NCBI RefSeq assembly: GCF_009914755.1
Contig: NC_060948.1
DNA: 64,000 nucleotides
Source of the DNA: the human T2T-CHM13v2.0 reference genome, Homo sapiens
Direction: 5' to 3' (one strand)
The notes beneath the pieces were generated by a model that worked only from the letters and a program-made list of their open reading frames with translations, searched no databases and was not told where the DNA came from. Each line of letters begins with the position of its first letter. Positions within the stretch are counted from its first letter, which is position 1. Positions 39,036 through 58,350 of this stretch are shown here, one piece after another. The translations under genes and the position numbers were made by a program.

Positions 39036-41133
39036 AGATCCATATTTTTTAAATGAAAAAAAATTTCAAAGGTACTCTGCTTGGTAGAATAATCAAATGT
39101 ATAAACTGAGGAATAAAACATAACCATGAAACCTACTTATAACTGCATATGGAAAATACAGAGGATAATTTTTTAAATAACATATTTTGAAAGCCTTAAC
39201 TAGTAATTTCAAGAGTTGGCATTTGAAAGGCCAGTATGAATATACCTTCAAAGCAGCAACACAGGTTCCCCATGAGAAAAAGCAAACACAGGGAAAATAA
39301 AAACACAAAGGTTCAATCTCTTCTGACCTTTGAAAGACACAGCACAGACAGTGGTCCTTAGGACGAAGAGCAGGAGACCCCTAATTCCGTCACCATGGCG
39401 ATAGGGCATAAACATTGCTGGGTGAGGGCACAATCCACATTGTGAGGTCCAACTGCTGCCAGGAAGACAGGAGTGCTTTTACATAGACCGAAAGGTCATT
39501 GAAGGCTCAGAGTTTTGTTTCAAGAACTGAATCCCAAGCCCACACGTTATTAGGCTGCGCTTCTTAAAACAAGTTATGAGATGGGAAAAAGGGCACCCAC
39601 AAACATACGTATACATTATGTATATAATAATATACAGTATCATATATATAATATATATAACCTATGTATAATATTGTTTTACATCCTGCATCTTATGTTA
39701 TATATATTGTATAAAATATAATAATTCATAATATATAAGTTTTATAATTATACAATATGACATATAGTATATATTATAATTTATGACATATATAATATAT
39801 GTTATATATCATATATAGAATATATTATACGGTTAATATACGTATTAAATATAAATTATACATTATATATATTATATATAATATATCTGTTATATATAAT
39901 ACCCATTATGCATAATATATATATTATGTCTATGTTATATATAGTATAAAACAACATATAATAATATATAATTGTATATAGAAAACGCGACATATAATAT
40001 ATATTATATTTTATGACATATGTAATATATATTATATAAAATACGTTGTATGTATAATACCTATATTAAATATATATTATATGACTATGTTATTAATTAC
40101 ATGTCACATGTGTTATATATTATATATTTTACATAGAATATACCGGTTACATACAAGATATACTATGTTACCTATAATGTATAATTTATTACATGTAAAA
40201 TAAAGAATGCAATATATTATGTAAAATTTATAATATACAATATGTGGAATGTGATATATATAACATATAATATATGATATATGATATACAGTATATGATA
40301 TATAACATACAATATATGATTCCTAATATATATGGTATACAATATATATTTTATGATATGTATTCTATATGTTTTATATTCTGTTATATATAACTATTTG
40401 AAATTATATATAACTGTATAATATTTTACGTAAATATGTAATATAATATATATAACTATATAATATATTATATATAACTATATATTATGTTATATATACT
40501 TTTATAACATAATTTACATAAAATATCATAATATAATATATATTATATTATTTCATATTACATAATATATATTACATATCACCCAATATAACTAACATAC
40601 ATAATATTATAATATAGATTATATTGTGTTATATTAAATATCATATATATCATGTATCATATATTCTATAATATATATTACACATTATATAATATGTATG
40701 TTGTCTATTATGTGATATATATAACTATATATATAATTATATTTTTATACATATAACTAGATAAACATGTAATTCTACATATTTTCATTTATAATATGTA
40801 GAATTATATAATCATATATAATTATTTATATTCTATAAAAAATTTTATCATTATATAAATTATAATATATAAAAATTATAATATGTACTACAAATATATA
40901 TATTATATATCATATATGATATAGTACCTTTGTTATATATCATAATACATATAAATGTGTATTATGTTATCTATAATTATATAATTTCATATATAAGATG
41001 TATAATATGTATCATACATTATATATGTTATGTAATATATATAGTATATATAAGATGACACAGGATAAATATTATATACTATGACATATAAAATATATGA
41101 GGTTATATGTTACATATAAGGCATAGCACATAA

Positions 41134-41448
<315 letters not shown>

Positions 41449-43548
41449 AGATCCATATTTTTTAAATGAAAAAAAATTTCAAAGGTACTCTGCTTGGTAC
41501 AATAATCAAATGTATAAACTGAGGAATAAAACATAACCATGAAACCTACTTATAACTGCATATGGAAAATACAGAGGATAATTTTTTAAATAACATATTT
41601 TGAAAGCCTTAACTAGTAATTTGAAGAGTTGGCATTTGAAAGGCCAGTATGAATATACCTTCAAAGCAGCAACACAGGTTCCCCATGAGAAAAAGCAAAC
41701 ACAGGGAAAATAAAAACACAAAGGTTCAATCTCTTCTGACCTTTGAAAGACACAGCACAGACAGTGGTCCTTAGGACGAAGAGCAGGAGACCCCTAATTC
41801 CGTCACCATGGCGATAGGGCATAAACATTGCTGGGTGAGGGCACAATCCACATTGTGAGGTCCAACTGCTGCCAGGAAGACAGGAGTGCTTTTACATAGA
41901 CCGAAAGGTCATTGAAGGCTCAGAGGTTTGTTTCAAGAACTGAATCCCAAGCCCACACGTTATTAGGCTGCGCTTCTTAAAACAAGTTATGAGATGGGAA
42001 AAAGGGCACCCACAAACATACGTATACATTATGTATATAATAATATACAGTATCATATATATAATATATATAACCTATGTATAATATTGTTTTACATCCT
42101 GCATCCTATGTTATATATATTGTATAAAATATAATAATTGATAATATATAAGTTTTATAATTATACAATATGACATATAGTATATATTATAATTTATGAC
42201 ATATATAATATATGTTATATATCATATATAGAATATATTATACGGTTAATATACGTATTAAATATAAATTATACATTATATATATTATATATAATATATC
42301 TGTTATATATAATACCCATTATGCATAATATATATATTATGTCTATGTTATATATAGTATAAAACAACATATAATAATATATAATTGTATATATAAAATG
42401 CGACATATAATATATATTATATTTTATAACATATGTAATATATATTATATATAATACGTTGTATGTATAATACCTATATTAAATATATATTATATGACTA
42501 TGTTATTAATTACATGTCACATGTGTTATATATTATATATTTTACATAGAATATACCGGTTACATACAATATATACTATGTTACCTATGATGTATAATTT
42601 ATTACATGTAAAATAAAGAATGCAATATATTATGTATAATTTATAATATACAATATGTGGAATGTGATATATGTAACATATAATATATGATATATGATAT
42701 ACAGTATATGATATATAACATACAATATATGATTCCTAATATATATGTTATACAATATATATTTTATGATATGTATTCTATATGTTTTATATTCTGTTAT
42801 ATATAACTATTTGAAATTATATATAACTGTATAATATTTTATGTAAATATGTAATATAATATATATAACTATATAATATATTATATATAACTATATATTA
42901 TGTTATATATACTTTTATAACATAATTTACATAAAATATCATAATATAATATATATTATATTATTTCATATTACATAATATATATTACATATCACCCAAT
43001 ATAACTAACATACATAATATTATAATATAGATTATATTATGTTATATTAAATATCATATATATCATGTATCATATATTCTATAATATATATTACACATTA
43101 TATAATATGTATGTTGTCTATTATGTGATATATATAACTATATATATAATTATATTTTTATACATATAACTAGATAAACATGTAATTCTACATATTTTCA
43201 TTTATAATATGTAGAATTATATAATCATATATAATTATTTATATTCTATAAAAAATTTTATCATTATATAAATTATAATATATAAAAATTATAATATGTA
43301 CTACAAATATATATATATTATATATCATATATGATATAGTACCTTTGTTATATATCATAATATATATAAATGTGTATTATGTTATCTATAATTATATAAT
43401 TTCATATATAAGATGTATAATATGTATCATATATTATAGATGTTATGTAATATATATAGTATATATAAGATGACACAGGATAAATATTATATACTATGAC
43501 ATATAAAATATATGAGGTTATATGTTACATATAAGGCATAGCACATAA

Positions 43549-43863
<315 letters not shown>

Positions 43864-45963
43864 AGATCCATATTTTTTAAATGAAAAAAAATTTCAAAGG
43901 TACTCTGCTTGGTACAATAATCAAATGTATAAACTGAGGAATAAAACATAACCATGAAACCTACTTATAACTGCATATGGAAAATACAGAGGATAATTTT
44001 TTAAATAACATATTTTGAAAGCCTTAACTAGTAATTTGAAGAGTTGGCATTTGAAAGGCCAGTATGAATATACCTTCAAAGCAGCAACACAGGTTCCCCA
44101 TGAGAAAAAGCAAACACAGGGAAAATAAAAACACAAAGGTTCAATCTCTTCTGACCTTTGAAAGACACAGCACAGACAGTGGTCCTTAGGACGAAGAGCA
44201 GGAGACCCCTAATTCCGTCACCATGGCGATAGGGCATAAACATTGCTGGGTGAGGGCACAATCCACATTGTGAGGTCCAACTGCTGCCAGGAAGACAGGA
44301 GTGCTTTTACATAGACCGAAAGGTCATTGAAGGCTCAGAGTTTTGTTTCAAGAACTGAATCCCAAGCCCACACGTTATTAGGCTGCGCTTCTTAAAACAA
44401 GTTATGAGATGGGAAAAAGGGCACCCACAAACATACGTATACATTATGTATATAATAATATACAGTATCATATATATAATATATATAACCTATGTATAAT
44501 ATTGTTTTACATCCTGCATCTTATGTTATATATATTGTATAAAATATAATAATTGATAATATATAAGTTTTATAATTATACAATATGACATATAGTATAT
44601 ATTATAATTTATGACATATATAATATATGTTATATATCATATATAGAATATATTATACGGTTAATATACGTATTAAATATAAATTATACATTATATATAT
44701 TATATATAATATATCTGTTATATATAATACCCATTATGCATAATATATATATTATGTCTATGTTATATATAGTATAAAACAACATATAATAATATATAAT
44801 TGTATATATAAAATGCGACATATAATATATATTATATTTTATAACATATGTAATATATATTATATATAATACGTTGTATGTATAATACCTATATTAAATA
44901 TATATTATATGACTATGTTATTAATTACATGTCACATGTGTTATATATTATATATTTTACATAGAATATACCGGTTACATACAATATATACTATGTTACC
45001 TATAATGTATAATTTATTACATGTAAAATAAAGAATGCAATATATTATGTAAAATTTATAATATACAATATGTGGAATGTGATATATATAACATATAATA
45101 TATGATATATGATATACAGTATATGATATATAACATACAATATATGATTCCTAATATATATGGTATACAATATATATTTTATGATATGTATTCTATATGT
45201 TTTATATTCTGTTATATTTAACTATTTGAAATTATATATAACTGTATAATATTTTATGTAAATATGTAATATAATATATATAACTATATAATATATTATA
45301 TATAACTATATTTTATGTTATATATACTTTTATAACATAATTTACATAAAATATCATAATATAATATATATTATATTATTTCATATTACATAATATATAT
45401 TACATATCACCCAATATAACTAACATACATAATATTATAATATAGATTATATTGTGTTATATTAAATATCATATATATCATGTATCATATATTCTATAAT
45501 ATATATTACACATTATATAATATGTATGTTGTCTATTATGTGATATATATAACTATATATATAATTATATTTTTATACATATAACTAGATAAACATGTAA
45601 TTCTACATATTTTCATTTATAATATGTAGAATTATATAATCATATATAATTATTTATATTCTATAAAAAATTTTATCATTATATAAATTATAATATATAA
45701 AAATTATAATATGTACTACAAATATATATATATTATATATCATATATGATATAGTACCTTTGTTATATATCATAATATATATAAATGTGTATTATGTTAT
45801 CTATAATTATATAATTTCATATATAAGATGTATAATATGTATCATATATTATAGATGTTATGTAATATATATAGTATATATAAGATGACACAGGATAAAT
45901 ATTATATACTATGACATATAAAATATATGAGGTTATATGTTACATATAAGGCATAGCACATAA

Positions 45964-46278
<315 letters not shown>

Positions 46279-48376
46279 AGATCCATATTTTTTAAATGAA
46301 AAAAAATTTCAAAGGTACTCTGCTTGGTACAATAATCAAATGTATAAACTGAGGAATAAAACATAACCATGAAACCTACTTATAACTGCATATGGAAAAT
46401 ACAGAGGATAATTTTTTAAATAACATATTTTGAAAGCCTTAACTAGTAATTTGAAGAGTTGGCATTTGAAAGGCCAGTATGAATATACCTTCAAAGCAGC
46501 AACACAGGTTCCCCATGAGAAAAAGCAAACACAGGGAAAATAAAAACACAAAGGTTCAATCTCTTCTGACCTTTGAAAGACACAGCACAGACAGTGGTCC
46601 TTAGGACGAAGAGCAGGAGACCCCTAATTCCGTCACCATGGCGATAGGGCATAAACATTGCTGGGTGAGGGCACAATCCACATTGTGAGGTCCAACTGCT
46701 GCCAGGAAGACAGGAGTGCTTTTACATAGACCGAAAGGTCATTGAAGGCTCAGAGTTTTGTTTCAAGAACTGAATCCCAAGCCCACACGTTATTAGGCTG
46801 CGCTTCTTAAAACAAGTTATGAGATGGGAAAAAGGGCACCCACAAACATACGTATACATTATGTATATAATAATATACAGTATCATATATATAATATATA
46901 TAACCTATGTATAATATTGTTTTACATCCTGCATCTTATGTTATATATATTGTATAAAATATAATAATTGATAATATATAAGTTTTATAATTATACAATA
47001 TGACATATAGTATATATTATAATTTATGACATATATAATATATGTTATATATCATATATAGAATATATTATACGGTTAATATACGTATTAAATATAAATT
47101 ATACATTATATATATTATATATAATATATCTGTTATATATAATACCCATTATGCATAATATATATATTATGTCTATGTTATATATAGTATAAAACAACAT
47201 ATAATAATATATAATTGTATATATAAAATGCGACATATAATATATATTATATTTTATAACATATGTAATATATATTATATATAATACGTTGTATGTATAA
47301 TACCTATATTAAATATATATTATATGACTATGTTATTAATTACATGTCACATGTGTTATATATTATATATTTTACATAGAATATACCGGTTACATACAAT
47401 ATATACTATGTTACCTATAATGTATAATTTATTACATGTAAAATAAAGAATGCAATATATTATGTAAAATTTATAATATACAATATGTGGAATGTGATAT
47501 ATATAACATATAATATATGATATATGATATACAGTATATGATATATAACATACAATATATGATTCCTAATATATATGGTATACAATATATATTTTATGAT
47601 ATGTATTCTATATGTTTTATATTCTGTTATATTTAACTATTTGAAATTATATATAACTGTATAATATTTTATGTAAATATGTAATATAATATATATAACT
47701 ATATAATATATTATATATAACTATATTTTATGTTATATATACTTTTATAACATAATTTACATAAAATATCATAATATAATATATATTATATTATTTCATA
47801 TTACATAATATATATTACATATCACCCAATATAACTAACATACATAATATTATAATATAGATTATATTGTGTTATATTAAATATCATATATATCATGTAT
47901 CATATATTCTATAATATATATTACACATTATATAATATGTATGTTGTCTATTATGTGATATATATAACTATATATATAATTATATTTTTATACATATAAC
48001 TAGATGAACATGTAATTCTACATATTTTCATTTATAATATGTAGAATTATATAATCATATATAATTATTTATATTCTATAAAAAATTTTATCATTATATA
48101 AATTATAATATATAAAAATTATAATATGTACTACAAATATATATATTATATATCATATATGATATAGTACCTTTGTTATATATCATAATACATATAAATG
48201 TGTATTATGTTATCTATAATTATATAATTTCATATATAAGATGTATAATATGTATCATATATTATATATGTTATGTAATATATATAGTATATATAAGATG
48301 ACACAGGATAAATATTATATACTATGACATATTAAATATATGAGGTTATATGTTACATATAAGGCATAGCACATAA

Positions 48377-48691
<315 letters not shown>

Positions 48692-50796
48692 AGATCCATA
48701 TTTTTTAAATGAAAAAAAATTTCAAAGGTACTCTGCTTGGTACAATAATCAAATGTATAAACTGAGGAATAAAACATAACCATGAAACCTACTTATAACT
48801 GCATATGGAAAATACAGAGGATAATTTTTTAAATAACATATTTTGAAAGCCTTAACTAGTAATTTGAAGAGTTGGCATTTGAAAGGCCAGTATGAATATA
48901 CCTTCAAAGCAGCAACACAGGTTCCCCATGAGAAAAAGCAAACACAGGGAAAATAAAAACACAAAGGTTCAATCTCTTCTGACCTTTGAAAGACACAGCA
49001 CAGACAGTGGTCCTTAGGACGAAGAGCAGGAGACCCCTAATTCCGTCACCATGGCGATAGGGCATAAACATTGCTGGGTGAGGGCACAATCCACATTGTG
49101 AGGTCCAACTGCTGCCAGGAAGACAGGAGTGCTTTTACATAGACCGAAAGGTCATTGAAGGCTCAGAGTTTTGTTTCAAGAACTGAATCCCAAGCCCACA
49201 CGTTATTAGGCTGCGCTTCTTAAAACAAGTTATGAGATGGGAAAAAGGGCACCCACAAACATACGTATACATTATGTATATAATAATATACAGTATCATA
49301 TATATAATATATATAACCTATGTATAATATTGTTTTACATCCTGCATCTTATGTTATATATATTGTATAAAATATAATAATTCATAATATATAAGTTTTA
49401 TAATTATACAATATGACATATAGTATATATTATAATTTATGACATATATAATATATGTTATATATCATATATAGAATATATTATACGGTTAATATACGTA
49501 TTAAATATAAATTATACATTATATATATTATATATAATATATCTGTTATATATAATACCCATTATGCATAATATATATATTATGTCTATGTTATATATAG
49601 TATAAAACAACATATAATAATATATAATTGTATATATAAAATGCGACATATAATATATATTATATTTTATAACATATGCAATATATATTATATATTATAT
49701 ATAATACGTTGTACGTATAATACCTATATTAAATATATATTATATGACTATGTTATTAATTACATGTCACATGTGTTATATATTATATATATTACATAGA
49801 ATATACCGGTTACATACAATATATACTATGTTACCTATAATGTATAATTTATTACATGTAAAATAAAGAATGCAATATATTATGTAAAATTTATAATATA
49901 CCATATGTGGAATGTGATATATATAACATATAATATATGATATATGATATACAGTATATGATATATAACATACAATATATGATTCCTAATATATATGGTA
50001 TACAATATATATTTTATGATATGTATTCTATATGTTTTATATTCTGTTATATTTAACTATTTGAAATTATATATAACTGTATAATATTTTATGTAAATAT
50101 GTAATATAATATATATAACTATATAATATATTATATATAACTATATTTTATGTTATATATACTTTTATAACATAATTTACATAAAATATCATAATATAAT
50201 ATATATTATATTATTTCATATTACATAATATATATTACATATCACCCAATATAACTAACATACATAATATTATAATATAGATTATATTGTGTTATATTAA
50301 ATATCATATATATCATGTATCATATATTCTATAATATATATTACACATTATATAATATGTATGTTGTCTATTATGTGATATATATAACTATATATATAAT
50401 TATATTTTTATACATATAACTAGATAAACATGTACTTCTACATATTTTCATTTATAATATGTAGAATTATATAATCATATATAATTATTTATATTCTATA
50501 AAAAATTTTATCATTATATAAATTATAATATATAAAAATTATAATATGTACTACAAATATATATATTATATATCATATATGATATAGTACCTTTGTTATA
50601 TATCATAATACATATAAATGTGTATTATGTTATCTATAATTATATAATTTCATATATAAGATGTATAATATGTATCATATATTATATATGTTATGTAATA
50701 TATATAGAATATATAAGATGACACAGGATAAATATTATATACTATGACATATTAAATATATGAGGTTATATGTTACATATAAGGCATAGCACATAA

Positions 50797-51111
<315 letters not shown>

Positions 51112-53209
51112 AGATCCATATTTTTTAAATGAAAAAAAATTTCAAAGGTACTCTGCTTGGTACAATAATCAAATGTATAAACTGAGGAATAAAACATAAC
51201 CATGAAACCTACTTATAACTGCATATGGAAAATACAGAGGATAATTTTTTAAATAACATATTTTGAAAGCCTTAACTAGTAATTTGAAGAGTTGGCATTT
51301 GAAAGGCCAGTATGAATATACCTTCAAAGCAGCAACACAGGTTCCCCATGAGAAAAAGCAAACACAGGGAAAATAAAAACACAAAGGTTCAATCTCTTCT
51401 GACCTTTGAAAGACACAGCACAGACAGTGGTCCTTAGGACGAAGAGCAGGAGACCCCTAATTCCGTCACCATGGCGATAGGGCATAAACATTGCTGGGTG
51501 AGGGCACAATCCACATTGTGAGGTCCAACTGCTGCCAGGAAGACAGGAGTGCTTTTACATAGACCGAAAGGTCATTGAAGGCTCAGAGTTTTGTTTCAAG
51601 AACTGAATCCCAAGCCCACACGTTATTAGGCTGCGCTTCTTAAAACAAGTTATGAGATGGGAAAAAGGGCACCCACAAACATACGTATACATTATGTATA
51701 TAATAATATACAGTATCATATATATAATATATATAACCTATGTATAATATTGTTTTACATCCTGCATCTTATGTTATATATATTGTATAAAATATAATAA
51801 TTGATAATATATAAGTTTTATAATTATACAATATGACATATAGTATATATTATAATTTATGACATATATAATATATGTTATATATCATATATAGAATATA
51901 TTATACGGTTAATATACGTATTAAATATAAATTATACATTATATATATTATATATAATATATCTGTTATATATAATACCCATTATGCATAATATATATAT
52001 TATGTCTATGTTATATATAGTATAAAACAACATATAATAATATATAATTGTATATATAAAATGCGACATATAATATATATTATATTTTATAACATATGTA
52101 ATATATATAATATATAATACGTTGTATGTATAATACCTATATTAAATATATATTATATGACTATGTTATTAATTACATGTCACATGTGTTATATATTATA
52201 TATTTTACATAGAATATACCGGTTACATACAATATATACTATGTTACCTATAATGTATAATTTATTACAAGTAAAATAAAGAATGCAATATATTATGTAT
52301 AATTTATAATATACCATATGTGGAATGTGATATATATAACATATAATATATGATATATGATATACAGTATATGATATATAACATACAATATATGATTCCT
52401 AATATATATGGTATACAATATATATTTTATGATATGTATTCTATATGTTTTATATTCTGTTATATTTAACTATTTGAAATTATATATAACTGTATAATAT
52501 TTTATGTAAATATGTAATATAATATATATAACTATATAATATATTATATATAACTATATTTTATGTTATATATACTTTTATAACATAATTTACATAAAAT
52601 ATCATAATATAATATATATTATATTATTTCATATTACATAATATATATTACATATCACCCAATATAACTAACATACATAATATTATAATATAGATTATAT
52701 TGTGTTATATTAAATATCATATATAGCATGTATCATATATTCTATAATATATATTACACATTATATAATATGTATGTTGTCTATTATGTGATATATATAA
52801 CTATATATATAATTATATTTTTATACATATAACTAGATAAACATGTAATTCTACATATTTTCATTTATAATATGTAGAATTATATAATCATATATAATTA
52901 TTTATATTCTATAAAAAATTTTATCATTATATAAATTATAATATATAAAAATTATAATATGTACCACAAATATATATATTATATATCATATATGATATAG
53001 TACCTTTGTTATATATCATAATACATATAAATGTGTATTATGTTATCTATAATTATATAATTTCATATATAAGATGTATAATATGTATCATATATTATAG
53101 ATGTTATGTAATATATATAGTATATATAAGATGACACAGGATAAATATTATATACTATGACATATAAAATATATGAGGTTATATGTTACATATAAGGCAT
53201 AGCACATAA

Positions 53210-53524
<315 letters not shown>

Positions 53525-55622
53525 AGATCCATATTTTTTAAATGAAAAAAAATTTCAAAGGTACTCTGCTTGGTACAATAATCAAATGTATAAACTGAGG
53601 AATAAAACATAACCATGAAACCTACTTATAACTGCATATGGAAAATACAGAGGATAATTTTTTAAATAACATATTTTGAAAGCCTTAACTAGTAATTTGA
53701 AGAGTTGGCATTTGAAAGGCCAGTATGAGTATACCTTCAAAGCAGCAACACAGGTTCCCCATGAGAAAAAGCAAACACAGGGAAAATAAAAACACAAAGG
53801 TTCAATCTCTTCTGACCTTTGAAAGACACAGCACAGACAGTGGTCCTTAGGACGAAGAGCAGGAGACCCCTAATTCCGTCACCATGGCGATAGGGCATAA
53901 ACATTGCTGGGTGAGGGCACAATCCACATTGTGAGGTCCAACTGCTGCCAGGAAGACAGGAGTGCTTTTACATAGACCGAAAGGTCATTGAAGGCTCAGA
54001 GTTTTGTTTCAAGAACTGAATCCCAAGCCCACACGTTATTAGGCTGCGCTTCTTAAAACAAGTTATGAGATGGGAAAAAGGGCACCCACAAACATACGTA
54101 TACATTATGTATATAATAATATACAGTATCATATATATAATATATATAACCTATGTATAATATTGTTTTACATCCTGCATCTTATGTTATATATATTGTA
54201 TAAAATATAATAATTGATAATATATAAGTTTTATAATTATACAATATGACATATAGTATATATTATAATTTATGACATATATAATATATGTTATATATCA
54301 TATATAGAATATATTATACGGTTAATATACGTATTAAATATAAATTATACATTATATATATTATATATATTATATCTGTTATATATAATACCCATTATGC
54401 ATAATATATATATTATGTCTATGTTATATATAGTATAAAACAACATATAATAATATATAATTGTATATATAAAATGCGACATATAATATATATTATATTT
54501 TATAACATATGTAATATATATAATATATAATACGTTGTATGTATAATACCTATATTAAATATATATTATATGACTATGTTATTAATTACATGTCACATGT
54601 GTTATATATTATATATTTTACATAGAATATACCGGTTACATACAATATATACTATGTTACCTATAATGTATAATTTATTACAAGTAAAATAAAGAATGCA
54701 ATATATTATGTATAATTTATAATATACCATATGTGGAATGTGATATATATAACATATAATATATGATATATGATATACAGTATATGATATATAACATACA
54801 ATATATGATTCCTAATATATATGGTATACAATATATATTTTATGATATGTATTCTATATGTTTTATATTCTGTTATATATAACTATTTGAAATTATATAT
54901 AACTGTATAATATTTTATGTAAATATGTAATATAATATATATAACTATATAATATATTATATATAACTATATATTATGTTATATATACTTTTATAACATA
55001 ATTTACATAAAATATCATAATATAATATATATTATATTATTTCATATTACATAATGTATATTACATATCACCCAATATAACTAACATACATAATATTATA
55101 ATATAGATTATATTGTGTTATATTAAATATCATATATAGCATGTATCATATATTCTATAATATATATTACACATTATATAATATGTATGTTGTCTATTAT
55201 GTGATATATATAACTATATATATAATTATATTTTTATACATATAACTAGATAAACATGTAATTCTACATATTTTCATTTATAATATGTAGAATTATATAA
55301 TCATATATAATTATTTATATTCTATAAAAAATTTTATCATTATATAAATTATAATATATAAAAATTATAATATGTACCACAAATATATATATTATATATC
55401 ATATATGATATAGTACCTTTGTTATATATCATAATACATATAAATGTGTATTATGTTATCTATAATTATATAATTTCATATATAAGATGTATAATATGTA
55501 TCATATATTATAGATGTTATGTAATATATATAGTATATATAAGATGACACAGGATAAATATTATATACTATGACATATAAAATATATGAGGTTATATGTT
55601 ACATATAAGGCATAGCACATAA

Positions 55623-55937
<315 letters not shown>

Positions 55938-58058
55938 AGATCCATATTTTTTAAATGAAAAAAAATTTCAAAGGTACTCTGCTTGGTACAATAATCAAAT
56001 GTATAAACTGAGGAATAAAACATAACCATGAAACCTACTTATAACTGCATATGGAAAATACAGAGGATAATTTTTTAAATAACATATTTTGAAAGCCTTA
56101 ACTAGTAATTTGAAGAGTTGGCATTTGAAAGGCCAGTATGAGTATACCTTCAAAGCAGCAACACAGGTTCCCCATGAGAAAAAGCAAACACAGGGAAAAT
56201 AAAAACACAAAGGTTCAATCTCTTCTGACCTTTGAAAGACACAGCACAGACAGTGGTCCTTAGGACGAAGAGCAGGAGACCCCTAATTCCGTCACCATGG
56301 CGATAGGGCATAAACATTGCTGGGTGAGGGCACAATCCACATTGTGAGGTCCAACTGCTGCCAGGAAGACAGGAGTGCTTTTACATAGACCGAAAGGTCA
56401 TTGAAGGCTCAGAGTTTTGTTTCAAGAACTGAATCCCAAGCCCACACGTTATTAGGCTGCGCTTCTTAAAACAAGTTATGAGATGGGAAAAAGGGCACCC
56501 ACAAACATACGTATACATTATGTATATAATAATATACAGTATCATATATATAATATATATAACCTATGTATAATATTGTTTTACATCCTGCATCTTATGT
56601 TATATATATTGTATAAAATATAATAATTGATAATATATAAGTTTTATAATTATACAATATGACATATAGTATATATTATAATTTATGACATATATAATAT
56701 ATGTTATATATCATATATAGAATATATTATACGGTTAATATACGTATTAAATATAAATTATACATTATATATATTATATATATTATATCTGTTATATATA
56801 ATACCCATTATGCATAATATATATATTATGTCTATGTTATATATAGTATAAAACAACATATAATAATATATAATTGTATATATAAAATGCGACATATAAT
56901 ATATATTATATTTTATAACATATGTAATATATATAATATATAATACGTTGTATGTATAATACCTATATTAAATATATATTATATGACTATGTTATTAATT
57001 ACATGTCACATGTGTTATATATTATATATTTTACATAGAATATACCGGTTACATACAATATATACTATGTTACCTATAATGTATAATTTATTACAAGTAA
57101 AATAAAGAATGCAATATATTATGTATAATTTATAATATACCATATGTGGAATGTGATATATATAACATATAATATATGATATATGATATACAGTATATGA
57201 TATATAACATACAATATATGATTCCTAATATATATGGTATACAATATATATTTTATGATATGTATTCTATATGTTTTATATTCTGTTATATATAACTATT
57301 TGAAATTATATATAACTGTATAATATTTTATGTAAATATGTAATATAATATATATAACTATATAATATATTATATATAACTATATATTATGTTATATATA
57401 CTTTTATAACATAATTTACATAAAATATCATAATATAATATATATTATATTATTTCATATTACATAATGTATATTACATATCACCCAATATAACTAACAT
57501 ACATAATATTATAATATAGATTATATTGTGTTATATTAAATATCATATATAGCATGTATCATATATTCTATAATATATATTACACATTATATAATATGTA
57601 TGTTGTCTATTATGTGATATATATAACTATATATATAATTATATTTTTATACATATAACTAGATAAACATGTAATTCTACATATTTTCATTTATAATATG
57701 TAGAATTATATAATCATATATAATTATTTATATTCTATAAAAAATTTTATCATTATATAAATTATAATATATAAAAATTATAATATGTACCACAAATATA
57801 TATATTATATATCATATATGATATAGTACCTTTGTTATATATCATAATACATATAAATGTGTATTATGTTATCTATAATTATATAATTTCATATATAAGA
57901 TGTATAATATGTATCATATATTATAGATGTTATGTAATATATATAGTATATATAAGATGACACAGGATAAATATTATATACTATGACATATAAAATATAT
58001 GAGGTTATATGTTACATATAAGGCATAGCACATAACATGTAATATATATCATATATAA

Positions 58059-58350
58059 TTTTTTTTTAGACAGAATCTTGTCCTGTTGCACAGGGTGGGG
58101 TACAATGGCGCCATCTTTGCTCACTGCAACTTCTGCCTCACGGGTCCAACCGATTATCCTCCCTCAGCCTCCCAGGTAGCTGGGACTACACCACACTGGG
58201 ACTACACCAGCTGCCACCATGCCTAGCTAATTTTTTGGATTTTTAGTAGTGACAGCGTTTCACTGTATTGGCCAGGATGGTCTTGATCTCTTCACCTTGT
58301 GATCCCCTTGCCTTGGCCTCCAAATTTGCTGGGATTACAGGCCTGAGCCA
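58059..58350 (-). mobile_element. Alu copy, U25
   Basis: Near-identical to 60-351. Confidence 0.9.
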
